A stretch of 64,000 nt of DNA, from the NCBI GenBank assembly GCA_977030845.1, contig OZ365115.1:7130001-7194000 (forward strand), written 5' to 3'. The position numbers and the translations under genes were made by a program. Below, piece after piece: positions 9,161 through 22,835 of the stretch. Every line of letters starts with the position of its first letter. Position 1 is the stretch's first letter. Under the pieces are notes generated by a model. It made no database searches. It saw only the letters and a program-made list of their open reading frames with translations, and was not told the origin of the DNA. The stretch is from Fimbriosthenelais zetlandica. Taxonomy: Eukaryota.

Positions 9161-12100
9161 TATATGACACTAGATAGCAATGTCTATCCACAGTGTACGC
9201 CCATTCCCAGCTGTAAACCTTTATTTTGGCTTACTTTATTTTTATCTCTCTAAATATAATTCTAATTAGCCCTCGCTTTGAACATATGCCGTATTTCATG
9301 CATAATTAATGCGCGGGATAATTCGAATTTGATGCACCATATTTCAAACTTTTCCGAAAGAAACTAGGCCTACTGCAGTCTGATGCATATAAGTTTCATT
9401 GATTCCAGGAAGTCGATTTAATTACTCCAGCTATATTTAGTATGTATACATGTAGTGGATCGATGGTATAGATAGGTCAGTCAAAAAGACATATTTCTGC
9501 TATATAAGATGCTTCCAGTCATTCGAATCAATGCAAACCATTTAAGTATCCGCCGTTTCTATGACATTGCCAGTCGAGGTCACCAAGGCTTTTTTGTCTG
9601 GTCGATAATTCTATTTCGGAAACTGAATCTCGCTAATCCTTCAACAAGGGTCGGCCTCTGAGACCCATAAAGACAATAAGCCTTTGATTTAATAGTCAGA
9701 GCGATTCTTAAAGTCCACAGAAGTCTCAAACAGATTAGAGAGTTGGTCAGGGATATCTGAGACATCTATGTCATGTATCTCTGCCAGTTAAAAGGTTACA
9801 GAAGTCAAGGAGATGGTCGCTCAAGTTGACCAGCCTTAAATTAATTGCATGCCCTGATCTCCTTTCAAGATTGATAACAAAAGTTATCTCTTTTCAAAGG
9901 GCGTTTATGCATTCTCTGGAATGATACATGTACATTAAATTTGCCCACTCAACCCGCCTCCTGCTACCTGCCCATGGAGAGTTTTCCCTTAAAGTCCTCC
10001 ACTCGTGCGACACATAGTGTTTTTGCAATAATATTACGCAGCAATAAAAGTTATAAAGTTTGTTCGAAGTCTCCAAAAGGCCTAAATTAAAGTTGTCATT
10101 TTTTGGGCCTATCTCTATAGGTCCCACTTTGGCTCTTGTGTCGAAACTCGAAAGGAAAACCCTTATAAATGTACCCATACCGAGAAACCCCTGCAAATGA
10201 AATCAGATGATTTTATTCTGAAGCAACCCAGGAGCAAGTTCTTTGAAGAGCCATTCTACATGGCAACCATAACGATTTGCCCTCCATCCTTTACAGTTCA
10301 AGGCTGGCTCATTTCTCTATGGATTCTTTCTACTCTGTAATATAAAGGAATTAAAAGATGAGGCTCCTTGTCTTTAATCAATGAAGTATAGACTAACAAC
10401 AGTCCCTCGTGGCATGTTTATGGGGGAGGTGTTAATGAGCTAGATGGATAGGTGACACATCTACAGCGAGAGGCGAGTAGCACTGGCAATGAATTGTTTA
10501 ACATACCGTGAGACAATGACTGCGATAATTAACAAATTCCAGGAAACAGAAGCTTTGTATCTGAATTCCGGATTTCCTCAGTCAGTCTGGGTATAAACTG
10601 TAGTGTCTTTGAGTGAGAGGATGAACGACGGAAGGAACGCAATGAACGCAGGGATACTTAGAAGGGAACCAGGGGAACTCTTATCATCCGCATTGCTCCT
10701 GACTAAATGCGGTGAAAAGTTTTCTAGAAATTGTTGAAAGGAACAAACTTTGAGCAGTGTTTGTCCTCCAATGAATGACAGAAATATACCTTTGCCCACC
10801 ACTTACATTGATCAGTGCATACATATTTAGTTAGGCTCCTTTCACTTGATACCATGCAGGCCGATGTGAAATCAAATCACAGAGGAAATCGGGTAAGACC
10901 ATAGCAGCTCTGTGTACTGGGCAGGGCAGTTAAGTGTAATATTGACGGCGGTTGCCACTCAAGACATCTGAGGCCCTCTATACCCACTGACACTCCATGT
11001 GGCCTTGTCCCTCATTAAGACTTTAAGTGGCTAGGACATGCGACCACTGAATCCATAAATACCTACACCGTCTATATCAATATTGAACACCAGCCCTTCT
11101 ACCCTTTAATCCAATTTTCCCTTAAAACCATTTAGGTAACGCGAGAAGAAAACCGGAAGTTCTTAAAGCTATAAGTCCTGAATTTATTTCTAATTTTACC
11201 AATGAAATGACCTTAATAAAAAATTAATCAAGGTGATTTATCAGAATCATCATAGATATATTGTATCATCCGCTGTGTAGATGATGGATTTTGTCCCCAA
11301 GCCATTGATTCAGTTTAAACAGGAAAGCGTGACACTTCCACCAACCTTGTAAAGTGGGTTTGATGGACTGCTGGAACAAAGGAATCCACACTAAATGATC
11401 AGTGTGAAAATGATGAAGACTCTACTAGGTATACTGATTACCAGTAGCTGTCTATGATTTACATATTTATTGAGTTTATGCCACTATCCATCAGTTGGTC
11501 TAATCTGTATATGGATGACAATATGCTGATTGGTGGAGTGAAGCTGTTGATTTATGGAATGAATTATGCCATTCTGGATGTCCATCCTTTGTTAGGAATT
11601 ATTTTCATACAGTAGGTTATCCTTACGAAATGCCCAGAGAGAAAAGTATAAATCTCTGCACATTGTGCATGGAACATTAATTGATACTAATCCCCAATCC
11701 ATTACATACATGTGTAATTGCATCATTGGATAAGACACTTTACTAAATTCCGAATAAATTACTTTTTTTAATGGAAGATAGGGAAGTTTATTGGGAAAGT
11801 AATGAATATTTTAAAGTCACTTAAGATGGGGATTTATGATTCATTGGAATTTGCGTCTGTTGGATAAATGATGCATTGCCTGAACCCTCGATTTAATACA
11901 TTGAAATAATAAAAGATAGTGATGTATGTAATATCGGAATAAGAGAATTACATTCAGATTCCCGTCCGTCACTAGGCTGTCAATTACTGAGGCAGTCGAA
12001 TAACTTAATGGATCGATAATATTTTGATACCACAAATTATTATGCATTTAATGCATTTCTTCCTCATTCGACAGCTGCAAGACATGTTTCGTTGCAGAAT

Positions 12101-15100
12101 GAATGTCTCATTCCCCACATGGATATTTGCCATTTGCCAACACTTATTTCCTCCCATAACTTCTGATTCTCAAGTCTCAACTTTCAGACTCTTCTCCAGT
12201 TCCTGTGTTCCGGATAATGTAAGACCCACAAATTGCTGGCAGAAAAAGGAATATTTGACAAGATTTCCTACGACGTTTGAGGAAAAACTCTAATTACCAG
12301 ATCCAGTATCAGGTGTCAAGTCTTCTTTATGGAGGAATCCACTTAGTATTTGCTTTTGAAGTGTTTTTACTTTTAAATTACTCATTGAGGATGACGCTCA
12401 CTTTCTTTCATCGGGAATCATTGCAGGCGAATGAGACTTAAAACTGATCCTGCTTAGACTTCCGGATCATTCCTTCCATGCCAGGTGTGGTCTAGTCATT
12501 TCAAAATTATATCTATGGAAATAGTTACTGGCCTTTAATGAGAAATTAATAGCACTGTTTCAAGAAGTTATAGTACTATCATTGTTAGATTCTGTTATCT
12601 TCAATGTTATGCTATTATAATCACCAAGTCGTGAATGGCAAGAAATCATTTCTGGCAGTGCTGTAACATAGTGTGTGCCAATCTGCTGACTAAACTAAAA
12701 CACTCTTGGCACAGGGAGAACTGTAATATTTTGCCCCATAGAGGAAGTCCAATTTAGGTGACATTAAAGCAACATTCTTATCAGCAGACTTGCTGCTTGC
12801 CCCCTCTATATGTCCAGGGCAAAGCACCATTGCTGAAAGGCCCAGTGGCAAAAAATAATCCTGAGAGAATTAACTCAGGTGGGAATGGAGCCAGAAACAT
12901 ATATTGTGAGGCCTGTGACAGGTGTTTGTGCCACGAGATAAAAGCCAAATGATTAAACGCACGGGGAAGTGCCACTTGTCAAGGCTTCATAAATCTACTT
13001 GCTGCACGAGAATGCCATCTCCTTAAATGCCTCCCACAGACCTGATACAGCAATAGGTGGTTTGTATTACTCCGCCCAAGTACGACAAAATAAAACTTTC
13101 GAAATTGAACTTTCGGGGACAAACCTTTATATGATTGATATTTCCTTTCTATTTTTAAAATATCTGACGACGCAAGCAAGTTCAATTATCGGATAAGCAG
13201 TGTAGGGTTTAGTCTCTGGGCTTGGCTCTCTCCCATAATTCATAGTTAAAGTGCTTTCGTCTTGTACCAAATGATCTAGAAGTGGGTGAAGCATTTTAAA
13301 AGCTAAAGCTTGTACCAGTTCAGGGCGGTGATGTGCTGCCATATAAAACAATTTGGGTTTTCCTCAAAGATATTTATAATATATTTGTTAAGTCAAAATA
13401 GATATAAATTCGATACGTGGTCAGCTTTAGTAATTAAACATAATGGCTTAATTTAAATTCAGAGGTTTAAAACCATATCAGGGTTTTAAGTCTGCAGACT
13501 CTAAATTTAGATATGGCCTCGATTGCCTATTGTATGGCAATATGATGCGCGATTCAATATTTGAAGTTACAATCTTCATATATACTTATAAGTTATTATA
13601 AGTTTTATCCTATCCACATTATAAATCCCTAGTAAATTCCATTTATCAACAGAGAGTGGCTTTCCAGCTCAGCTTTGACAGTGTGCTGTGTGTATTAGCA
13701 GGCATTATCTCCCCCCATATCTAGCCTTGTCAAAGAATAGTTGGGAGTTTCTGTGTGGGTGAATGTGGAGATGATAGACACTGGAGGTAATCGGCTATGA
13801 TGGCATGTGAAGGGGCAAACGGTAGGAAGGGCGACTGTGGGCGGATTTCTTATTCTCCTGGGGACTGGCTAGTGTCAAAATGGCAAGTGGGACCTTCTCC
13901 TAGGCTTTAGGAGAGAATAAGATGCCTCTGTCCTTGGGTAACACTGTAACATTTAATTGTGATGGTCGGGTTCAGGGGAATGTTTCATAGAACTAACTCG
14001 ACAGATGAAGCGTCACAGGCTCTTTATATTCCTACTGCTTAAAATCAAATCCATCATCAGCATAACCAAGCAGTCTTCATATACTGCGTAACAAATTACT
14101 CATATATAGAGGCCTAGCTCCCTATGTTAGCCTACTTTGAAAAGTGATGCTCTGAAAGCTTAGATAAAATTCTATTTTTAAAATGCTCTTAGAATAGAAT
14201 CAGAAACAGGAAGTGCATGTAGCTTATGCATGTAAAGTGTAAGCTATAAAGTTATATTAGAATCATCTCTGCTTATCACTTCAGATATCTTTGACGAACT
14301 ACATTCACAGTGAACATGAGTTATCGCTTCCTTAACAATACGTGGCTAGCAAAAATTGGCCTTGAGCGACGTCCACGCTATCCTCAATATGTCGTGCGCT
14401 TTTTTGATTGGATGAGAGACAATCACGTGGCCTCTTTTCTCGCACGACAGAAGAAGAACAATGTATTGCTTGTATGGATCATCATTCAGTACTTCATTTT
14501 GATTTCTGACGAGTGATTTTCCTCCTTATGAAGTCTTTTCTTAATAAGAAATTGTGTTGTCGAGGGGCATTTTAATTACCTTTAGTCGTACTTGAAAGCA
14601 ATGCCTATTTCACACTCCTAAGCATATTCAAGGATCTATGCTTTGCCATTCCTCACTTCAAAGTGACGAAATGGTCTCGGCCTCTTGGAAACTCGTTAGA
14701 GTGGATAATTGTTAATTCTTTATTTCTTTTTATCTGCCCGTGGAGTTCTTTAAGGTGTGTTGTTTTTGGTTGGCATCTTGACTTCCTGCTGAGCTTCCAC
14801 TCACCTCAGCCAATGAGGACCTATTCACCTGAGCCGTCCTCAGGGATAATGTTCTACTTCCAAATGAGGCAGACTTAATCAAATATTGGTGAGCAGCCTC
14901 TCCGGATATTAAAGAGGGAATATGTTGAGGCCTTCCACTGAGCTGCTCCCCTCATAGTGATATTAGGGTGAGGGGTGTCAGAAGTGAGCAATGACAGGAT
15001 ATTGGTAGACATACCAAGACGTAAGGATAGGGTGGTGGAGGTGCGGCTATTCTCAACATGGTGATCTTCTCTGGGGTTGATGGTAAGGAGATGGGATGAC

Positions 15101-17844
15101 AAAAAGATAGAGCAAATCATTTTTCACTATAAACTCGAGCATGGCAGGTGATTGGATCATTGGTTAGACGCTTTAATGGGGTGAGCACCTATATGTGTAG
15201 GCCGACGTCATCTGCATGCTCCTTACTCCAACTGAAATCCAGATTGCTAAACTTCTCAGAGGAAGGACTTACTTTTCAATTAATTATCTTTGTTTAGGAG
15301 TTTTCTCTCTTCATTACTACTCCTTTAATGAAAACAATTCCCATTATACTCATTGGCGCACAAGCAAAATTGATAGAAATTCTTTTAACACTGACACTGA
15401 AAATGTACAAGCAGGATAACTATTTGCGACAAACCTTGACTTTTATCTGAAAATATAATCTCAGATTAAATAGCCGTTCTGCCTTAAGTAAGCGGAAATG
15501 TATGGGGCAGATTAAATTAAGGCGATTAGCTTGACAGTTGTCGCTTTAAAATCGCATTAAAAGAAATATGAATCAGGGTTGAATGTTTTCTCTGCATTGG
15601 CATAGCGGATGTCAAACATCGTATCAAGGTATTCTTGATATTCTTAGCACAAGTGAACCCATCTCAAATTGCCTTCTTGTGCCCTAGGCCAAAGGCTTAA
15701 CAACTACAACCATTGTTACCCTTGAAGTGCCTTTTTTCAAATGAAAAGGAGTTTGAATTCGAAGTGAATGCAAAAATCAATGGCTCATATTAATGGAAGC
15801 GCCTTTTTAAGATAGCTGAATTTTTATCTCCGCCTTTTTGTGGTGTGAAATTGGATGGGAGGGCATCAGGTTAGTGATTGTTTTGTTGTGATTTTTTGGT
15901 TGTAATTTATTCCCCTGAAGATCATGCAAGATGCCTGGGTTTCCATAATTGGAAGTTAATTGGACATTATCAGGTCAAAGTGCAGGGACCCGAACGTCCA
16001 GTTTTATGAGCAAACCATGCAATAAAATAAGTATTTTTGCACCTCTTGACAGACTAAAAAATTGTAATTGAAATATCAGATCCAAAGAAACAGCGCACGT
16101 CCTTGCAGTCACACAATGTTGGCTTTATGAACATCTGAAAAGCATTGAAAATACTGATGGATTTGATCCAGACGCCCCAAGGGAAGGTTCTTCTTGTCCT
16201 TCCTGAAAAAGATGTATGATGTGAGATAGGATTAACATCGCAGCAGTGCATTCTCTCTTGTAGTAAATGGGTAAATGAGACCCAATGTTTTGTTCTGAAG
16301 CTTGTATAATTGTCTCAGTAATCTGCTTGATCCCAGCATTATGTACAGGCACCTATATTGGCAGGAATCTGCAAGACTTTCACAGTAACTATATTTTCAA
16401 GGATATCTTTGTTTAATATAAACTTAAAATGGACATACATTTCTGTGAATTCATTCAGAGATGTTCACAGAATTATTCATATAAGCAAAGATTCCTTTGG
16501 TGTGCCAGAATGTATAATAAGATTCTGTGCACGAAAATATTTCCCGACTGTATAGTGAATGTTTGAGTATGGTGGCAAGGATACTCTACATTGTACCCTG
16601 TTTGATGTAACGGCTTATGACTTTTTGTTTTGTCACGAGGTAGGCCTATACATATGGATGAATAATATTGCACAAAGGCTCTTTATCGCTTTATCCCTTC
16701 TTTGTGTTTCTCAATTAAGGAATACATGCCTGATTGTTACAGATGCATCCAGTTGAAAAAGTTCAGGACAGTATATATCAAAGGTTGAAGGCATTTAGGT
16801 TACATTTCCAAATAAAATATTGTCGCAGGAAACAATCATTGTCAAGGAAGTACGATTGAGAATTTCCATATCTCAGATCTACTTTGTAGTTCTGCGCTGG
16901 AGGGAATATTATTGACGCGATTTGGAGTAATGCATTTACTCATTTTCTTGTCTCATTGCCTCATATGAGATGAAGCGCCTAATAGGGTATAATACAGGCA
17001 TTCCAACAACAATAATCTCCCCTCCCTATAGATTGCTACCTCACACACCAACATCAACTCTATTTTCTGACAGCATAATTCAATAATTTTAGTTAAAATA
17101 TATTTGATAAGTCCTTTTTGCGTCATTTTTGCAAGCCTAAATCATTCCTATCTTCCCTTTGTAAAATGAAGCAATTTATGAAAACATTAAGATTATTTTG
17201 TTGAAGATGTTTCTATACCATATCACAAGCCCGACTCAAATATAGGAGGAGAGGAGATAGCACTATAACATGAGCCTGGTTGCCAACCTCCTTATTTGCC
17301 CGGCACACACATCGATTGCCATCTCCACTCTGATTGGATTTGTATTCGTTTTGTGAGACCGATTCAAGTGTTGTAAATTATTATAGATTAATAGCAATTG
17401 AGTTGTCTCCCCATCCTACCAACTGTTATGATGATGAGTGGAGGATGTGCGCGGAGGGTATACATATTATAGACATGAGTTGTCACCACTCCTCAGTCCT
17501 AACATCTCAATAGAGGCTTGTTCTCTTCTGATATGGCAACAAGACAAGCTTGTCTACGTGTACATAGAAATGTATGGCATCCTATCAAAGGACGCCTCCC
17601 CATTGAATACCATGTGAACCTCTTCCTTATCATGCCAAACCGATGGCAGTCTTAATGGCTATTTCTCTATAGATTTATAAAAAGATGATACTAGCAATCT
17701 TCCAGTTGATAACTGTTATCTGTGTCTGAGGCTGATATATCCATGGCTATCACGTCTTATACGTCGTGCAACTCAAAACTTGATCTCTTCGTAAGGATAT
17801 AGTGTCAAACATGTACTTATTAATGTATAAGCCATTAAGGAATC

Positions 17845-17940
17845 TAGAGAGACAGAGGCAGAGAGAAAGCGAGGGAGCGAGAGAGAGGGATGGAGAGAAA
17901 GAGAGAAAGAAAGGGAGAGAGGTTGGGGGAAGAGAGATGG
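17845..17940. repeat. Degenerate (GA)n purine tract
   Basis: AGAGAGACAGAGGCAGAGAGAAAGCGAGGGAGCGAGAGAGGGATGGAGAGAAAGAGAGAAAGAAAGGGAGAGAGG. Confidence 0.75.
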
Positions 17941-18681
17941 GCCAAAGGGGATCCGGGGGTTCAAGCTCCCCATTTTGACCCCTTCTCGCCTAAATAATGT
18001 TTTTTTTGATATTGTATCTGGAAATATGAAAAATAATTTCCTGTACAGCACTAGCTGTCATATTAATTGCTTTTTCATTATGTTAAATTAATGTAAGTGA
18101 AAGTCGATTTGGAGGCAGACTGCATGCCTTTAAGTCTTGGGCTCATTATTTTAAAAAAATTCCTTTGTGGCTGATATCAGACAGGTGTTACATATCCAAA
18201 TGGAGTACTCTTGTAGATTAAAAAAGAAATCTGTCAGAATATGGCTAGTAAAAACCAGCTTTCTTATCATCAAGAGTATTAAGAAGCCTGCTAATTATGC
18301 AAAGCCAGGTCCCAATTCTTTCAGATTTGTTCTACCTCTGCGCGTATCAAAATGAATCGATGCAGCTTTTCCCCTTCACTGTATCCTGAAGGGAACAGTC
18401 CCGCTTAAAGCTTATAATCAGTGATGGTTCTCAGTGGAACTATCCAGTAAAGCAGATGCCCAAGCAGCTGATATTTCTCATCAAGGAGCTCTTATTTGAA
18501 TTAGATACAATGTAGAGATGACCATTATTGGTTCATCAAAGGTGGGCAATTAAAAGCTTGTCTTCATCTTACTAGACACATGGTTCAAATATTATACAAG
18601 GCCAAATATTAATCTCTGGGATTAATGAATTTTATTGCGACACAAGCATCATCTTGTCGCAGTAGTGTCGCAAGCAAAATC

Positions 18682-18717
18682 GCAGCTATCGTCCATGGAG
18701 CAGCTATCGTCCATGGA
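18682..18717. repeat. Perfect 18-bp tandem duplication
   Basis: GCAGCTATCGTCCATGGA occurs twice in tandem. Confidence 0.9.
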
Positions 18718-21700
18718 ACAACACCATAGGACTTTTGGAATGATGGATGTAGGAAGCTGTGTATATAAGTGGATTCTGCCTAATAACAGTGTAAGAGAAA
18801 CAGAGAAAGCATCTATTGACTGGGAGGAGGCTTCTGATGATCTATGTTAGAGGAAGCAGGAGGTAGACTCAGAGGTGACACTTTGACCTGCCGCTGTCCA
18901 TACTGTCTTGTCTCCTCCTCATATAGTCCACCGCTGCTTAATGTTTACCATTATGTTCTTGTCCTGAACATCATCTGAAACCTGATGGTACCCATCTCCG
19001 TATTGTGTACCTCAAACTGACATCATGTGACAGCATTCTATGAGGGCTATCGAGTTCCGATGACCCTTGTATAAAGGCTCCTTATACGCCTCTCTATGTA
19101 GGCCTTAATATGGGGATCATGGATCATAGAAGGATTTGGAATTTGGGATGAATAAAAGTCCATCTCCATTATAGTGATGATTGTCCAAATATTAGGCTTA
19201 TTATTCTGATCCGATATTTAAATTTTAAATTTAAACAAGTTTAGTGACAAGTTTTCTAACTTTGTCCACTTGTGACATCACCTGCCTTCTATAGGTCCGT
19301 CCCGAGGCCTTATATTATAGAGGTAAGTTGATTACCACTGACCTTTAAATACATTTAAGGAGGTGAAACCTCAGCAGTATCTAATCAAACTTTGAAAGGG
19401 CCTCAAAGATGGCTGTCATGTCACGTTCTGCCGAGGGAAATAAATTTCACAAGAGTGGGATTAGCCACAGCATCAGTTTAAGATTTCACTCAGCATACTT
19501 TATTTCTGACTTCTGGCACTTTGGTGATTCTTTCTGAAGTGATAGCCCTACAGAGCCGATTTCAACTAAACTTTGCATGTTAGAAAGGTAGATTTAATGG
19601 GACATACATATATTACGGACATGTATATATTATTATATCAGTGTTTCAACACAGTTCTTCAAGACAAAGTTGCAATTTATTGAAATAGAATGATGAATTT
19701 GCCAGCATTTGACATTTTGCCTATATTCTGACTTTCAATATAAAATGATAACCGAAATTGAGTATATCAACAAAGACTACATTGATTGAAATATATGCAT
19801 TGTTGACAGGCCGTTTTAGGATATGCTGCGTCAGCAGAGTTTCAGGTTACTAAAGATAGCCATCTAAAGCTACTGAATATGATAATGCAAAGTTATACAC
19901 GGTAACAGTTAACATACAATGAAGGCAATCTATTCTATAGCTGGGCCTGCTCAATAAGCTTTTGACAGAACATTTAACTTCTCTATACCACCACGGGACG
20001 AATATAAAAATGCAGAAGTCAGCAGACTGATTCAGCGACTTTGATATTTTAGAAAATTGCAACCCAAGATGTGCATAGAATGATCGGAAAACATTCATGA
20101 TGGCTTAAAGACACTGGGAGAGGTTATCATATACTTTAGAACCGTAACCACTCAAGATTTTCTTATTGGGATCCTTTCGCTGTCTTTTTCATGATATTTA
20201 CATAATGAGATAATGAGAAATTTCCATAATGAGATAAGTGATGCAACTTTTCATTATAACAGTAAACTACTCTTTGGTAACGCCCTTGGTGATTGTAAAG
20301 TTATTTCATGATGATTGCATGTCAAGTAAAGTCAAGTGCAGGTGGAGTGGGAACAAAAAGTTATTGAAATCGCTTTTTTGACGTAAGATTGCGTGACACC
20401 AGGGCAAGTTAATCCTGAACTTTACCATGAAATACTACCCATCTACAGGCAAATCCATAAAATATTCTCTCTCAAAGTCCGGCATAAACTAAGCTGATTT
20501 ATTGGTGGTTGACTGGATCATGGATGACATCCAATAGTTTCAGCAAGAATATCTCAGATTATTTTATTAAAAAGTTCGAATTGTTTGAATCGAATTGGAG
20601 CTTTCCAGTCTGAAAATAATAATTCTTGCAATTTGTCTTCAGTTGGCTTTATCCCAACCTCATAATACATCCCTATACTTTCTTCTTGAGGAGCTTTTCA
20701 TTAAATATTTGGATATGGCGAATGACAGGCAGACTGGTATTAATTTCCCATGGAAAATTACAGGTGAATCATTGTTCTAATAATAGCCTTTAATGGCTGC
20801 TGTAAAAGCAATAATGCAGACTTTGAAGATTCGGTAAAATCCTGACTTTGAAGATCCAATAAAAATGACCTTTTTCATGGACGCATCTGAGATTCACATT
20901 GACTGTTTTTGATATATCTTTACCTTTATAAAGGAAACGCGTTCTTACAAGGCCAGGGAGTTTGAGCTACTCACTTTTAGGCCAAGCACATCAAGCTTTC
21001 ATCTTTCCATCCTGCAGCAGCACAATGGTGCTGGGAAGGAAGCTATAGTGTGCTTTCACCCCACCCCCCGTCCCCCCTCAGCCTCAGACTGTAAGGAAGA
21101 CATATGCATAAGTAAATTCAGAAATTCACAGAACCTGTTGACATATTTCTTGGAAATTCTGGGCTTTCTTGTGACCGTTGACAGAGGGCACTGTGCTCCT
21201 GTATATTGAAGCTAGTGAAAATACCAGATGTGCATGGACACAGTAACTTCTCCATTCGTCTCTATTCTCTCAGTGTTTTATATATTATAACTGAAGAAAA
21301 TATTTCTAATTCCGGGCATGTTTTTATGATTTGTCCATTCCCCGATTCATTCTTTCCTAGTAGATATCTTTAGTGTAAAGAGAAAGCTTGTGAATATTTC
21401 ATTAATTGCCAATTCCCAAGAAAGAAAGGTTTAAATAATGCCAGAAGCCCACGTCCCTGTAAATTTGCACTTACTTAATGGCTGGATAATCTTTCTGCCT
21501 TGCCCCATGTGTTGCCCACAACTCTTAATTTGCAGTCAATTGTACCATTTAGATACGTATTTAATGACCCGCGGGGATTTACCCCACAATAACAAGCTAT
21601 TTTCCCTATCAATGCAGCACGAACCTATTGAATGTAACTTATATTGAAACCTGTTGAATTTAAGTGAGTCTCTATACATTACATAACATTAGTCCCTATA

Positions 21701-22564
21701 CATGGCTGCGAGGAGTTTTGTCTATTGATGGGACCTAGAATACAGGATGTCAATAGTTTGACATAGTTTTTCAGCTGAACATGTGCATATATTCCCACAC
21801 AATACTTTTATTTTTCCCCCAATGGACACAATCTATAAAGTGCAAGGACCTTTGAGCTATGAAATGCTTTGGGCATTTTCCATGATTTTTGTTCTCTCTT
21901 TGAATGGAGCAATGAAAGGGGAAGTGTATTCTGCATAAAGGATTCATCCATAAGAAATTCCGAAATACTCTGATGTAGAATAAAGCTTTTCTGTCATTAC
22001 CTAACAGGCAGTGATGTAAACAGTTCTTAGCTATGCATTAAGAAACGTTTTCTATATATATACAGAATTTGTGTAACTTTTAGGGAAATAATCCTTACGT
22101 AAGCTGCTAACATAAAATCCCAGGGATTCATCCCACATTCCCAGGGACAAACTGGCAACAATGTCCAAGATTATTGCTTTCTGTGAATCTTCCGAGAGAG
22201 TATTTTACGACGGCTTAAACTCATTCAGACCTCTGCAGCAAAGTTTTGTGAAATCTGAGAAAAGGTGTTCTTTTTCAGTCCGGAAACGAGAGAGTCCAGT
22301 ATGTGAGATGGAGGGAGGAGGCTTGCTTTTCCCTAAACGAGAAATCAGACACTGGGAGTCGTTTTCGGTATAGCAGACGTGAAAGGGCCCTCCATAATTT
22401 ATGGTTCTATCATTGTAAAAAGAAACCGGGGACGGGGGCGGCTTGAACCTTCTGTCTGCAGTGTATTGTACTTAGGCATACCATTGTGGTGGGTTAGTAT
22501 CAAGGATAGTAGAGTTCATTTGTGATTAATTTTATTTGGACATTCATATGTTTTTTTTCTACAG

Positions 22565-22835
22565 AATGCCTTAAACTTTTGACTTTTCCATTCATATGGG
22601 AGGACTATCACCATTCGGACTAGAACAGAAGGGAATATTTTTTTAAACAATAAGGGTGGATTCAGAACAGTAGAGAAAAACTAATTACCGTCTATTACTG
22701 TTCATAGTAATCAGTCACCTCCTTCAGGTAGCAGGGACAGGTCTGATGGGAGGGGATAGCATTGTCTCCACTGAGGGCCCAATGCTGATTGATGGGTGTC
22801 AATCAATCAATCACCCCTCCCATTAATCCATCAAG
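22565..22835 (+). other. Candidate non-coding exon
   Basis: Strong acceptor ATGTTTTTTTTCTACAG (AG at 22563-22564) and strong donor AAG|GTGAGC (GT at 22836-22837), 271 nt apart, with stops in all three frames. Confidence 0.25.

Noticed and set aside
19178-19189. TGATTGTCCAAA, matching the first 12 nt of miR-219
   Set aside because: The match stops at 12 nt and I see no complementary arm.
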